DNA of 64,000 nucleotides from Escherichia coli (GTDB lineage Bacteria; Pseudomonadota; Gammaproteobacteria; Enterobacterales; Enterobacteriaceae): NCBI RefSeq assembly GCF_048403405.1, contig NZ_CP183129.1; one strand, 5' to 3'. Shown piece by piece: positions 9,016 to 22,327 of this stretch (position 1 is its first letter; each line of letters starts with the position of its first letter). The notes under the pieces were generated by a model. It saw only the letters and a program-made list of their open reading frames with translations, ran no database searches and was not told where the DNA came from. The position numbers and the translations under genes were made by a program.

Positions 9016-10725
9016 ATGTCTGAAGAAAAATTAGGTCAACATTATCTCGCCGCGCTGAATGAGGCATTTCCCGGCGTCGTGCTGGACCACGCCTGGCAGA
9101 CCAAAGATCAGCTGACTGTCACCGTAAAGGTGAACTACCTGCCGGAAGTGGTGGAGTTTCTTTACTACAAACAGGGTGGCTGGCTGTCGGTGCTGTTTGG
9201 CAACGACGAACGCAAACTGAATGGTCATTACGCCGTTTACTACGTGCTGTCGATGGAGAAGGGCACTAAGTGTTGGATTACGGTTCGCGTCGAAGTTGAC
9301 GCCAACAAACCGGAGTATCCGTCCGTGACGCCGCGCGTTCCGGCGGCGGTGTGGGGCGAGCGCGAAGTGCGCGATATGTACGGTTTGATTCCGGTTGGTC
9401 TGCCGGATGAACGTCGTCTGGTGCTGCCGGATGACTGGCCGGATGAACTTTATCCGCTGCGTAAAGACAGCATGGATTATCGTCAACGTCCGGCACCGAC
9501 TACCGATGCTGAAACCTACGAGTTCATCAACGAACTGGGCGACAAGAAAAACAACGTCGTGCCGATTGGTCCGCTGCACGTCACTTCCGACGAACCGGGT
9601 CACTTCCGTCTGTTCGTCGATGGCGAAAACATTATCGACGCCGACTACCGCCTGTTCTATGTCCATCGCGGCATGGAAAAACTGGCGGAAACCCGCATGG
9701 GTTACAACGAAGTGACCTTCCTCTCTGACCGTGTGTGCGGGATCTGCGGCTTTGCTCACAGCACCGCCTACACCACGTCGGTGGAAAACGCGATGGGTAT
9801 TCAGGTGCCAGAACGTGCGCAGATGATCCGCGCCATTCTGCTGGAGGTAGAACGCCTGCACTCGCATCTGCTCAACCTCGGCCTCGCCTGTCACTTTACC
9901 GGCTTCGACTCCGGCTTTATGCAGTTCTTCCGCGTGCGTGAAACCTCCATGAAAATGGCAGAGATCCTTACCGGTGCACGTAAAACCTACGGCCTGAACC
10001 TGATCGGCGGGATTCGTCGCGATCTGCTGAAAGATGACATGATCCAGACCCGTCAACTGGCACAGCAGATGCGTCGTGAAGTGCAGGAGCTGGTGGATGT
10101 GCTGCTGAGCACACCGAACATGGAACAGCGCACCGTCGGCATTGGTCGTCTGGATCCGGAAATCGCTCGCGACTTCAGTAACGTTGGCCCGATGGTCCGT
10201 GCCAGCGGTCACGCCCGTGATACCCGTGCCGATCACCCGTTTGTTGGTTATGGCCTGCTGCCAATGGAAGTCCACAGCGAGCAGGGCTGCGACGTTATTT
10301 CCCGTCTGAAAGTGCGTATCAACGAAGTCTATACCGCGCTGAATATGATCGATTACGGTCTGGATAACTTGCCGGGCGGCCCGCTGATGGTGGAAGGCTT
10401 TACCTACATTCCGCACCGTTTCGCGCTGGGCTTTGCCGAAGCGCCGCGCGGCGACGATATCCACTGGAGCATGACCGGCGACAACCAGAAGCTGTACCGC
10501 TGGCGCTGCCGTGCGGCGACCTACGCGAACTGGCCGACCCTGCGCTACATGCTGCGCGGCAACACCGTTTCCGATGCGCCGCTGATTATCGGTAGCCTGG
10601 ACCCTTGCTACTCCTGTACCGACCGCATGACCGTGGTCGATGTGCGTAAGAAAAAGAGCAAAGTGGTGCCGTACAAAGAACTCGAGCGCTACAGCATTGA
10701 GCGTAAAAACTCGCCGCTGAAATAA
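9016..10725 (+). CDS. hycE: Hydrogenase 3 large [NiFe] subunit HycE (569 aa)
   Basis: MSEEKLGQHYLAALNEAFPGVVLD..., with RVCGICGFAH (N-terminal NiFe Cys motif) and C-terminal DPCYSCTDR motif; the track ORF starts 7 codons earlier. Confidence 0.95.
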   Translation: MSEEKLGQHYLAALNEAFPGVVLDHAWQTKDQLTVTVKVNYLPEVVEFLYYKQGGWLSVLFGNDERKLNGHYAVYYVLSMEKGTKCWITVRVEVDANKPEYPSVTPRVPAAVWGEREVRDMYGLIPVGLPDERRLVLPDDWPDELYPLRKDSMDYRQRPAPTTDAETYEFINELGDKKNNVVPIGPLHVTSDEPGHFRLFVDGENIIDADYRLFYVHRGMEKLAETRMGYNEVTFLSDRVCGICGFAHSTAYTTSVENAMGIQVPERAQMIRAILLEVERLHSHLLNLGLACHFTGFDSGFMQFFRVRETSMKMAEILTGARKTYGLNLIGGIRRDLLKDDMIQTRQLAQQMRREVQELVDVLLSTPNMEQRTVGIGRLDPEIARDFSNVGPMVRASGHARDTRADHPFVGYGLLPMEVHSEQGCDVISRLKVRINEVYTALNMIDYGLDNLPGGPLMVEGFTYIPHRFALGFAEAPRGDDIHWSMTGDNQKLYRWRCRAATYANWPTLRYMLRGNTVSDAPLIIGSLDPCYSCTDRMTVVDVRKKKSKVVPYKELERYSIERKNSPLK

Positions 10726-10734
10726 GGAATCGCC

Positions 10735-11277
10735 ATGTTTACCTTTATCAAAAAAGTCATCAAAACCGGCACGGCGACCTCGTCTTATCCGCTGGAGCCG
10801 ATTGCGGTTGATAAAAACTTCCGTGGTAAGCCAGAGCAGAACCCGCAGCAGTGCATCGGCTGCGCGGCCTGCGTCAATGCCTGCCCGTCAAACGCCTTAA
10901 CGGTTGAAACCGACCTCGCCACAGGAGAGCTTGCCTGGGAGTTTAATCTCGGGCGCTGCATCTTCTGTGGACGCTGCGAAGAAGTTTGCCCGACGGCGGC
11001 GATCAAACTGTCGCAAGAGTACGAACTGGCGGTGTGGAAGAAAGAAGACTTCCTGCAACAGTCCCGTTTCGCGCTGTGCAACTGCCGCGTCTGCAATCGT
11101 CCTTTCGCCGTCCAGAAAGAGATCGACTACGCCATTGCGCTGCTTAAGCACAATGGTGACAGCCGCGCGGAAAACCACCGCGAAAGCTTTGAGACTTGCC
11201 CGGAATGTAAGCGCCAGAAATGCCTGGTGCCGTCCGACCGTATTGAACTGACTCGCCATATGAAAGAGGCCATCTGA
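10735..11277 (+). CDS. hycF: Formate hydrogenlyase subunit 6, ferredoxin-type (HycF, 180 aa)
   Basis: [12 protein letters not shown] and [12 protein letters not shown] 4Fe-4S motifs. Confidence 0.95.
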   Translation: MFTFIKKVIKTGTATSSYPLEPIAVDKNFRGKPEQNPQQCIGCAACVNACPSNALTVETDLATGELAWEFNLGRCIFCGRCEEVCPTAAIKLSQEYELAVWKKEDFLQQSRFALCNCRVCNRPFAVQKEIDYAIALLKHNGDSRAENHRESFETCPECKRQKCLVPSDRIELTRHMKEAI

Positions 11278-12044
11278 TGAGCAATTTATTAGGCCCCCGT
11301 GACGCCAACGGCATTCCGGTCCCGATGACGGTGGATGAATCCATCGCCAGCATGAAGGCGTCGTTACTGAAAAAAATCAAACGTTCTGCCTACGTTTACC
11401 GCGTGGACTGCGGCGGCTGCAACGGCTGCGAAATCGAAATTTTCGCCACGCTTTCGCCGCTGTTTGATGCAGAACGCTTCGGCATTAAAGTCGTTCCTTC
11501 ACCGCGTCATGCGGATATTTTACTGTTTACCGGCGCGGTCACCCGTGCAATGCGATCCCCTGCGCTGCGTGCGTGGCAGTCCGCGCCGGACCCGAAAATT
11601 TGTATCTCCTACGGTGCCTGCGGTAACAGCGGCGGGATCTTCCACGATCTCTACTGCGTGTGGGGCGGTACGGATAAAATCGTCCCGGTGGATGTTTATA
11701 TCCCTGGCTGCCCGCCAACGCCTGCCGCCACGCTGTACGGCTTTGCAATGGCGCTCGGCCTGCTGGAGCAGAAAATTCACGCCCGTGGGCCGGGTGAGCA
11801 GGATGAACAACCGGCGGAGATCCTGCATGGCGATATGGTGCAGCCGCTGCGCGTGAAAGTGGATCGCGAAGCTCGCCGCCTGGCGGGTTACCGTTACGGT
11901 CGCCAGATTGCCGATGACTTCCTGACACAGTTAGGGCAGGGCGAAGAGCAGGTTGCACGCTGGCTGGAAGCGGAAAACGATCCGCGTCTGAACGAGATTG
12001 TCAGCCATCTGAATCATGTTGTTGAAGAGGCGCGTATCCGATGA
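11277..12044 (+). CDS. hycG: Hydrogenase 3 small subunit HycG (NuoB-like, 255 aa)
   Basis: [22 protein letters not shown]...; [10 protein letters not shown] and GCPP motifs. Confidence 0.95.
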   Translation: MSNLLGPRDANGIPVPMTVDESIASMKASLLKKIKRSAYVYRVDCGGCNGCEIEIFATLSPLFDAERFGIKVVPSPRHADILLFTGAVTRAMRSPALRAWQSAPDPKICISYGACGNSGGIFHDLYCVWGGTDKIVPVDVYIPGCPPTPAATLYGFAMALGLLEQKIHARGPGEQDEQPAEILHGDMVQPLRVKVDREARRLAGYRYGRQIADDFLTQLGQGEEQVARWLEAENDPRLNEIVSHLNHVVEEARIR

Positions 12045-12451
12045 GTGAAAAGGTGGTGTTCAGTCAACTGAGCCGTAAATTTATTGATGAGAACGATGCC
12101 ACGCCCGCCGAGGCGCAGCAGGTGGTCTATTACAGCCTGGCGATTGGTCACCACCTTGGGGTTATCGATTGCCTGGAAGCGGCGCTCACCTGTCCGTGGG
12201 ATGAATATCTGGCATGGATTGCCACTCTGGAGGCGGGCAGCGAAGCCCGCCGCAAAATGGAAGGCGTGCCGAAATATGGTGAGATCGTCATCGACATTAA
12301 CCATGTGCCGATGCTGGCCAACGCATTCGATAAAGCCCGGGCTGCGCAAACTTCGCAGCAGAAAGAATGGAGTACAATGCTGTTAAGTATGCTGCATGAT
12401 ATTCATCAGGAAAACGCCATCTATTTGATGGTGAGGAGATTGCGTGACTGA
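12041..12451 (+). CDS. hycH: Formate hydrogenlyase maturation protein HycH (136 aa)
   Basis: [24 protein letters not shown]...; 4-bp overlap with hycG. Confidence 0.92.
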   Translation: MSEKVVFSQLSRKFIDENDATPAEAQQVVYYSLAIGHHLGVIDCLEAALTCPWDEYLAWIATLEAGSEARRKMEGVPKYGEIVIDINHVPMLANAFDKARAAQTSQQKEWSTMLLSMLHDIHQENAIYLMVRRLRD

Positions 12452-12914
12452 CGTTTTACTCTGTGTTGGCAATAGCATGATGGGCGATGATGGCGCAGGT
12501 CCGCTGCTGGCGGAAAAGTGTGCCGCCGCGCCGAAAGGTAACTGGGTGGTGATTGACGGCGGTAGCGCACCGGAAAACGACATCGTCGCTATTCGCGAAC
12601 TGCGCCCGACACGACTGTTGATTGTCGACGCCACGGATATGGGGCTAAACCCCGGCGAGATCCGCATCATCGATCCGGATGATATCGCCGAGATGTTTAT
12701 GATGACTACCCATAACATGCCGTTGAACTACCTTATCGACCAGTTGAAAGAAGACATTGGCGAAGTGATTTTCCTCGGCATCCAGCCGGATATCGTCGGC
12801 TTTTACTACCCGATGACCCAGCCGATTAAAGACGCCGTAGAAACCGTTTATCAACGACTGGAAGGCTGGGAACGGAATGGCGGATTCGCGCAGTTAGCGG
12901 TGGAAGAAGAGTAG
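12444..12914 (+). CDS. hycI: Hydrogenase 3 maturation endopeptidase HycI (156 aa)
   Basis: [25 protein letters not shown]..., hydrogenase maturation protease family. Confidence 0.95.
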   Translation: MTDVLLCVGNSMMGDDGAGPLLAEKCAAAPKGNWVVIDGGSAPENDIVAIRELRPTRLLIVDATDMGLNPGEIRIIDPDDIAEMFMMTTHNMPLNYLIDQLKEDIGEVIFLGIQPDIVGFYYPMTQPIKDAVETVYQRLEGWERNGGFAQLAVEEE

Positions 12915-12970
12915 TTCGTAGACAAACATGTTCACGTTTTGGAATTTGGACGTGCAATTGTGACGTGTAG

Positions 12971-12999
12971 ACGGGTGTTTACATATTGTGAACACCCGT
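12971..12999. promoter_or_regulatory. Inverted repeat (9-bp arms ACGGGTGTT / AACACCCGT, 11-bp spacer) upstream of the higB-like gene; candidate antitoxin operator
   Basis: Perfect 9-bp arms read directly from the sequence, about 80 bp upstream of the toxin ATG and followed by an AT-rich stretch (ctatagaaaaataaa). Confidence 0.4.
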
Positions 13000-13080
13000 G
13001 TGATCAACTACTATAGAAAAATAAATCCGAAGGAATGGTAGTCCAGGTTTAGTCATTCAGGCGCTAATAAGGAAGTTAAA

Positions 13081-13392
13081 ATGCACATCATTTCGAAAGC
13101 GCCATTTGAAGAGTGTGCGCGCAAATATCCTAACGACGCTCTGGCTCTACACTCATTGTATCGGGTTATTAAGGAAACGGATTTTTCTACACCAGAAGAA
13201 ATGCGAACGGCGTTTCCTAACCTCGACAATTTTAAATATCGCAACAAATGGTACGTTCTGGATGTCGGCGGGAACAATCTTAGGGTTATTGCCTACATAA
13301 ACTTTGTTAATAAGCGGTTCTTTGTGAAGCACATAACGAATCACGCAGAGTATGACAAACTGACACGTTACTACAGAGAGAACAAAGAATGA
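13081..13392 (+). CDS. HigB-family toxin (RelE/ParE superfamily mRNA interferase), 103 aa
   Basis: MHIISKAPFEECARKYPNDALALHSLYRVIKETDFSTPEEMRTAFPNLDNFKYRNKWYVLDVGGNNLRVIAYINF... shares the FPxLDNFKY...VGGNxLRV pattern of E. coli HigB (YgjN) as I recall it; toxin-first order; ATGA overlap with the downstream gene. Confidence 0.75.
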   Translation: MHIISKAPFEECARKYPNDALALHSLYRVIKETDFSTPEEMRTAFPNLDNFKYRNKWYVLDVGGNNLRVIAYINFVNKRFFVKHITNHAEYDKLTRYYRENKE

Positions 13393-13808
13393 CTGCTAAT
13401 GCTGCACGCGCTGTTAAAGCAACAAGAGAACTGGTCAATGCAGTCCCCTTTCTGGGAGGCAGTGACTCAGAAGATGATTATCGTGAAGCACTGGAACTGG
13501 TCGAATATTTGATTGAAGAAGATGACACCAATCCACTTATCGACTTTCTGGCGAGCCGCATTGCAGAATATGAAAACAACAACGAAAAGTTTGCAGAGTT
13601 CGACAAAGCCGTTGCAGCAATGCCGGTTGGCGTGGCGTTACTTCGTACGCTGATTGATCAACATAATTTGACCTATGCGGATTTGAAGAACGAAATCGGC
13701 TCTAAATCTCTGGTCAGTCAGATTTTGTCTGGGCAACGATCCCTGACGATATCCCATATTAAGGCACTTTCAGCCCGATTTGGCGTTAAGCCGGAATGGT
13801 TTCTTTGA
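13389..13808 (+). CDS. HigA-family antitoxin (HTH, Xre-like C-terminal domain), 139 aa
   Basis: ...AVPFLGGSDSEDDYREALELVEYLIEEDDTNPLIDFL...IGSKSLVSQILSGQRSLTISHIKALSARFGV resembles E. coli HigA (YgjM); start codon overlaps the toxin stop. Confidence 0.75.
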   Translation: MTANAARAVKATRELVNAVPFLGGSDSEDDYREALELVEYLIEEDDTNPLIDFLASRIAEYENNNEKFAEFDKAVAAMPVGVALLRTLIDQHNLTYADLKNEIGSKSLVSQILSGQRSLTISHIKALSARFGVKPEWFL

Positions 13809-13886
13809 TTTTGACTGATGCCAAACCCAAGATTGCCCGATGCGCAACGCTTATCGGGCTTTCCTGGTTCGTGCGACGGTAGTTAC

Positions 13887-16777
<2,891 letters not shown>

Positions 16778-17036
16778 CGGATTTTATCCTGTTATCAGTA
16801 GGGTAGATGTAGTTGTTATCAGTCGACGTGACGGAAAAATGCCGATGCTGAAACGGAATTAGGAAACCGGTTTCACAAAATCATGAATAGTTGTCACTAA
16901 ATAAGCAAGAGAGTTAATTGTTCATTTTTTATATTTGTGAAACCGGTCACCTGAATATTTTTCCCGCCGATTGCGCAAGGACAATCGGCAAACGGTGCAG
17001 TACACTGCGTTGATTGCGTGTAAAGGGATGAAAATG

Positions 17037-18047
17037 ATGACGACGATGCTGGAAGTGGCGAAGCGCGCCGGGGTTTCAAAAGCGACCGTTTCCCGCGTGC
17101 TTTCAGGTAATGGCTACGTCAGCCAGGAGACTAAAGATCGCGTGTTTCAGGCGGTAGAAGAGAGCGGTTACCGCCCAAACTTGCTGGCGCGCAATCTGTC
17201 GGCGAAGAGTACTCAGACGCTGGGGCTGGTCGTGACCAACACGCTTTACCACGGCATTTATTTTAGTGAATTACTCTTTCATGCCGCGCGAATGGCGGAA
17301 GAGAAAGGGCGACAGTTGCTATTGGCAGATGGTAAACACAGCGCCGAAGAAGAGCGCCAGGCGATTCAGTATCTGCTGGATTTGCGCTGCGACGCCATTA
17401 TGATTTACCCGCGTTTTTTAAGCGTGGATGAGATTGATGACATCATTGACGCACACAGTCAGCCGATAATGGTGCTTAATCGCCGCCTGCGCAAAAACAG
17501 CAGCCATAGCGTCTGGTGCGATCATAAACAGACCAGCTTTAACGCCGTGGCAGAGTTGATAAACGCCGGACATCAGGAGATTGCTTTCCTTACCGGCTCG
17601 ATGGATTCTCCCACCAGCATTGAACGTCTTGCCGGGTATAAAGACGCGCTGGCGCAGCATAGTATTGCGCTCAATGAAAAACTTATCGCTAACGGTAAAT
17701 GGACGCCCGCCAGCGGGGCCGAAGGGGTAGAAACGTTGCTCGAACGTGGGGCTAAATTTAGCGCGTTAGTTGCCAGTAACGACGATATGGCGATAGGTGC
17801 GATGAAAGCGTTACACGAGCGCGGCGTAGCGGTGCCAGAGCAGGTGTCAGTTATCGGATTCGATGATATCGCCATTGCCCCCTATATCGTTCCGGCGCTC
17901 TCCAGCGTAAAAATTCCGGTGACTGAGATGATTCAGGAAATTATTGGACGGCTGATTTTTATGCTCGATGGTGGGGATTTCTCACCGCCGAAAACCTTCA
18001 GCGGAAAACTGATCCGCCGCGGCTCCCTCATTGCTCTTTCGCAATAA
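17037..18047 (+). CDS. ascG: LacI-family repressor of the asc operon, 336 aa
   Basis: MTTMLEVAKRAGVSKATVSRVLSGNGYVSQETKDRV..., HTH LacI type; divergent from ascFB. The track ORF begins upstream at 16971. Confidence 0.9.
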   Translation: MTTMLEVAKRAGVSKATVSRVLSGNGYVSQETKDRVFQAVEESGYRPNLLARNLSAKSTQTLGLVVTNTLYHGIYFSELLFHAARMAEEKGRQLLLADGKHSAEEERQAIQYLLDLRCDAIMIYPRFLSVDEIDDIIDAHSQPIMVLNRRLRKNSSHSVWCDHKQTSFNAVAELINAGHQEIAFLTGSMDSPTSIERLAGYKDALAQHSIALNEKLIANGKWTPASGAEGVETLLERGAKFSALVASNDDMAIGAMKALHERGVAVPEQVSVIGFDDIAIAPYIVPALSSVKIPVTEMIQEIIGRLIFMLDGGDFSPPKTFSGKLIRRGSLIALSQ

Positions 18048-18195
18048 ACATTGTCATCACATGTCATCGTCACTAGTGTCGATGACATCGTTTTTCCTGC
18101 ATTACAGAATTTAATTTCTTTAAATAACAGTAAATTAAAAACTGGCATGATTTGTGAATGTATCGGCGCATTAACTGTCATTGCTGGAGAATTTG

Positions 18196-18723
18196 ATGAA
18201 CCGTTTCATCATTGCTGACGCGAGTAAATGTATTGGTTGCCGTACCTGTGAAGTGGCGTGCGTGGTTTCTCATCAGGAGAATCAGGACTGTGCATCGCTG
18301 ACCCCGGAAACTTTTTTACCGCGAATCCATGTCATTAAAGGTGTGAACATTTCTACGGCAACAGTCTGCCGTCAGTGTGAAGATGCACCGTGCGCTAACG
18401 TCTGCCCAAATGGTGCTATCAGCCGTGATAAAGGGTTTGTTCATGTGATGCAGGAACGTTGCATTGGTTGCAAAACCTGCGTTGTGGCTTGCCCGTATGG
18501 CGCGATGGAAGTGGTGGTACGTCCGGTGATTCGCAACAGCGGCGCAGGGCTGAATGTACGGGCTGACAAAGCCGAAGCCAATAAATGCGACCTCTGTAAC
18601 CATCGTGAAGACGGCCCGGCGTGTATGGCGGCTTGCCCGACCCATGCGCTGATTTGTGTCGATCGTAATAAACTTGAACAACTGAGCGCAGAAAAACGCC
18701 GCCGTACGGCGCTGATGTTCTAA
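18196..18723 (+). CDS. hydN: Ferredoxin-like electron transport protein HydN (175 aa)
   Basis: [23 protein letters not shown]..., four 4Fe-4S cysteine clusters. Confidence 0.93.
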   Translation: MNRFIIADASKCIGCRTCEVACVVSHQENQDCASLTPETFLPRIHVIKGVNISTATVCRQCEDAPCANVCPNGAISRDKGFVHVMQERCIGCKTCVVACPYGAMEVVVRPVIRNSGAGLNVRADKAEANKCDLCNHREDGPACMAACPTHALICVDRNKLEQLSAEKRRRTALMF

Positions 18724-18875
18724 AAATCTTACAGAACTGTTCTGGCATCAAAGGAATTCCCGGAAATATTCGTAGAATACGGAGCGGGCGGTATCGCCGA
18801 CCTGTGATTGCCGGATACGACGCTGTCGTGTCCGGCAGGGCGGGTTACGCAATTCATGATGGCGGGAATAACTCA

Positions 18876-21116
18876 ATGGCAAAAAACACATCTTGCGGTG
18901 TCCAACTGCGTATTCGTGGCAAAGTGCAGGGCGTCGGTTTTCGTCCGTTTGTCTGGCAGCTGGCACAGCAATTAAATCTTCACGGCGATGTCTGTAATGA
19001 CGGCGATGGCGTAGAAGTCCGGCTGCTGGAAGACCCGGAAACGTTTCTTGTGCAGTTGCATCAGCACTGCCCGCCGCTGGCGCGTATTGATAGCGTCGAG
19101 CGTGAGCCGTTTATCTGGTCACAACTGCCCACCGAGTTCACTATACGCCAGAGCACAGGCGGCACCATGAATACGCAAATTGTTCCCGATGCCGCTACTT
19201 GCCCTGCCTGTCTTGCCGAAATGAATACCCCAGGCGAGCGGCGTTATCGTTATCCGTTTATCAACTGTACTCACTGTGGCCCGCGTTTCACCATTATTCG
19301 CGCCATGCCTTACGACCGCCCGTTTACCGTGATGGCGGCGTTTCCGTTGTGTCCGGCTTGTGACAAAGAGTACCGCGACCCGCTCGATCGTCGCTTCCAC
19401 GCCCAGCCGGTGGCCTGCCCGGAGTGTGGCCCACATCTTGAATGGGTAAGTCATGGTGAACATGCGGAACAAGAGGCGGCATTACAGGCAGCTATCGCAC
19501 AGTTAAAAATGGGCAACATTGTCGCCATCAAAGGGATTGGCGGATTTCATCTTGCCTGCGATGCACGTAACAGTAACGCGGTGGCGACACTGCGGGCGCG
19601 CAAACATCGCCCGGCGAAACCGCTGGCGGTCATGTTGCCAGTGGCAGAAGGTTTACCAGACGCTGCGCGCCAGTTGCTCACCACACCCGCCGCGCCGATT
19701 GTGCTGGTGGATAAAAAATACGTTCCTGAGCTTTGTGATGATATCGCCCCTGGCCTTAACGAAGTTGGGGTGATGTTGCCTGCGAATCCGCTTCAGCATT
19801 TGCTGTTACAGGAACTGCAATGTCCGCTGGTGATGACCTCCGGCAACCTGAGCGGTAAACCACCGGCTATCAGCAACGAACAGGCGCTGGCGGATTTGCA
19901 GGGCATTGCCGACGGATTCTTGCTACATAACCGCGACATCGTGCAGCGGATGGATGATTCGGTGGTGCGCGAAAGCGGCGAAATGCTGCGCCGTTCGCGG
20001 GGGTATGTGCCGGATGCGCTGGCTTTGCCTCCGGGCTTTAAAAATGTTCCGCCTGTGCTGTGTCTCGGCGCGGATCTGAAAAACACCTTCTGCCTGGTGC
20101 GCGGTGAACAAGCGGTGTTGAGTCAGCATCTGGGCGATTTAAGTGACGATGGCATCCAGATGCAGTGGCGCGAAGCGTTACGCCTGATGCAAAACATCTA
20201 CGATTTCACTCCGCAATACGTTGTGCATGACGCGCATCCGGGCTATGTCTCCAGCCAGTGGGCACGCGAAATGAATCTGCCGACGCAAACGGTGCTGCAT
20301 CATCATGCTCATGCGGCGGCGAGTCTGGCAGAGCATCAGTGGCCGCTGGATGGCGGTGATGTCATTGCGTTGACGCTCGACGGTATCGGTATGGGGGAGA
20401 ACGGCGCTTTGTGGGGCGGCGAATGCCTGCGGGTGAACTATCGCGAATGTGAGCACCTGGGCGGCTTGCCTGCGGTGGCGCTTCCGGGGGGCGATTTGGC
20501 TGCAAAGCAGCCGTGGCGTAACCTGCTGGCGCAGTGCCTGCGCTTTGTGCCGGAGTGGCAGAATTACCCTGAAACGACAAGTGTGCAACAGCAAAACTGG
20601 AGCGTGCTGGCGCGGGCCATTGAGCGTGGAATTAACGCGCCGCTGGCGTCATCGTGTGGGCGTTTGTTCGATGCTGTGGCGGCGGCACTGGGCTGTGCGC
20701 CAGCCACGTTAAGTTATGAAGGTGAAGCGGCTTGTGCTCTGGAGGCGCTCGCAGCTTCGTGCGACGGAGTGACGCATCCGGTGACGATGCCGCTGGTGGA
20801 CAATCAACTGGATCTCGCCACTTTCTGGCAGCAGTGGCTGAACTGGCAGGCACCGGTTAATCAACGCGCGTGGGCGTTTCATGATGCGCTGGCGCAGGGT
20901 TTTGCCGCGTTGATGCGTGAGCAGGCCACGATGCGCGGTATCACTACGCTGGTATTTAGCGGTGGGGTTATTCATAACCGATTGCTGCGTACACGCCTGG
21001 CGCATTATCTCGCTGATTTCACATTGCTCTTTCCACAGAGTTTACCGGCGGGTGATGGCGGCTTGTCTCTGGGGCAGGGGGTTATTGCTGCGGCGCGCAT
21101 CCTGCATACTGCATAG
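18876..21116 (+). CDS. hypF: [NiFe]-hydrogenase maturation carbamoyltransferase HypF
   Basis: [27 protein letters not shown]... (acylphosphatase domain), two CxxC zinc-finger pairs, YrdC and Kae1-like domains. The track ORF starts at a GTG 24 codons upstream; true start uncertain by a few codons. Confidence 0.9.
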   Translation: MAKNTSCGVQLRIRGKVQGVGFRPFVWQLAQQLNLHGDVCNDGDGVEVRLLEDPETFLVQLHQHCPPLARIDSVEREPFIWSQLPTEFTIRQSTGGTMNTQIVPDAATCPACLAEMNTPGERRYRYPFINCTHCGPRFTIIRAMPYDRPFTVMAAFPLCPACDKEYRDPLDRRFHAQPVACPECGPHLEWVSHGEHAEQEAALQAAIAQLKMGNIVAIKGIGGFHLACDARNSNAVATLRARKHRPAKPLAVMLPVAEGLPDAARQLLTTPAAPIVLVDKKYVPELCDDIAPGLNEVGVMLPANPLQHLLLQELQCPLVMTSGNLSGKPPAISNEQALADLQGIADGFLLHNRDIVQRMDDSVVRESGEMLRRSRGYVPDALALPPGFKNVPPVLCLGADLKNTFCLVRGEQAVLSQHLGDLSDDGIQMQWREALRLMQNIYDFTPQYVVHDAHPGYVSSQWAREMNLPTQTVLHHHAHAAASLAEHQWPLDGGDVIALTLDGIGMGENGALWGGECLRVNYRECEHLGGLPAVALPGGDLAAKQPWRNLLAQCLRFVPEWQNYPETTSVQQQNWSVLARAIERGINAPLASSCGRLFDAVAAALGCAPATLSYEGEAACALEALAASCDGVTHPVTMPLVDNQLDLATFWQQWLNWQAPVNQRAWAFHDALAQGFAALMREQATMRGITTLVFSGGVIHNRLLRTRLAHYLADFTLLFPQSLPAGDGGLSLGQGVIAAARILHTA

Positions 21117-21193
21117 TGGCGGATGTGGCGTAACTAAGCGTAAATAGAGCGCGGACAGTCCCCTCGCCCTTTGGGCGAGGGAGAAAAACATGC

Positions 21194-22327
21194 CTATACC
21201 GGCAACGTTTTCAACAATCCAAACGCCTCTTTCATCCGATCCTCACTGACCACAAAGGCGCGAAGCTGGTCAGCATCATCAACACCGCGCGCCACCATTC
21301 CCTGGTGTTCGGTATTAATTTGCCAGCGTAAATCCTGACGCTGGGTTTCGCCTGCCAGATGCAGCGGTAATTCCGGCGTTTTGATTTTCACCAGCATCGC
21401 CGGGAGTTTCAGCGGCGTGTTATTGCCGAGAAGATTTTTTGCCAGCACCATCGCGCTAAGTTGAATCGGCTGGAGGAACGGCAATACCTGACCGTTAATT
21501 TCCGCGCAATCGCCCAGCGCATAAATATCGGCATTACTGGTTTGCAGATAACTATCGACGCAAACGCCGCGATTAATCGTCAGCCCGGCGCGTCGTGCCA
21601 GGGCGGTTTCCGGGCGCAGCCCGGTGGCGGCAATTACCGCATCCACTTCGATGCTGCGCTGGCGGTCCAGCGTTGCCTGAATGCCAGAATCCGCTTTTTC
21701 CAGCCCCTGCAACTGAGATTTTAACAGCAGATGAACGCCCATCTCCGTCAACCGATGCTGTAAGCGGCTGCTTACTTCCGGTGGCATTAACGACGCCAGA
21801 ATACTGGCAGCGTTGTCGATTAGCGTGACCGCTTTGCCTGCACGACAAAAATCCATCGCCAGTTCGCTACCAATCAAACCACCGCCGACAATCAACACGC
21901 GTCGGGCATCCCGCAGTTGCGTTTCACAGGCGCGATACTCTTGCTGACTATTTAACGTCAGCATTAACTCACGTCCGGGCACTGGCGGGACAAAGGCGCT
22001 GGCACCGGTTGCCAGCACTAACTTGTCGTATTGCCACTGATTATTCTGACTTTTCACCACATGGGCTTCGGCATCGATATCCGTCACCCAGGTTTGCGGA
22101 AACAGGCGCAGATTAAACTGCTCGGCAAATTCACCCGCTGTCTGGCGGGTAAGGTCATCGGCACGTTGCCCCTGGCTGATAACATGGCTGAGATCCGGTT
22201 TGTTGTACTCATCCATGCTGTCGGCGGCAATCAGGGTTAATGAAATACAGGCGTCCTGTTTGCGAATATTTTTCACCAGTTGGCGGGCGGCGAAGCCCGA
22301 ACCAATGATCACAATGCCGTTGCTCAT
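21194..22327 (-). CDS. norW: NADH:flavorubredoxin reductase NorW (377 aa)
   Basis: [23 protein letters not shown]..., FAD/NAD(P)-binding Rossmann motifs; overlaps the norV stop. Confidence 0.93.
   Translation of the reverse strand: MSNGIVIIGSGFAARQLVKNIRKQDACISLTLIAADSMDEYNKPDLSHVISQGQRADDLTRQTAGEFAEQFNLRLFPQTWVTDIDAEAHVVKSQNNQWQYDKLVLATGASAFVPPVPGRELMLTLNSQQEYRACETQLRDARRVLIVGGGLIGSELAMDFCRAGKAVTLIDNAASILASLMPPEVSSRLQHRLTEMGVHLLLKSQLQGLEKADSGIQATLDRQRSIEVDAVIAATGLRPETALARRAGLTINRGVCVDSYLQTSNADIYALGDCAEINGQVLPFLQPIQLSAMVLAKNLLGNNTPLKLPAMLVKIKTPELPLHLAGETQRQDLRWQINTEHQGMVARGVDDADQLRAFVVSEDRMKEAFGLLKTLPV

Noticed and set aside
9031-10464. 477-aa ORF on the minus strand inside hycE
   Set aside because: Entirely antisense to a well-supported conserved gene; low-complexity, Arg/His/Val-rich translation typical of antisense frames in GC-rich genes; no independent start context.
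21151-21185. GC-rich stem-loop (CCCTCGCCC-TTT-GGGCGAGGG) between hypF and norW, considered as a terminator
   Set aside because: No U-run follows the hairpin on either strand, so it is not a canonical intrinsic terminator; possibly a REP-like or other stabilising element, not callable from sequence alone.
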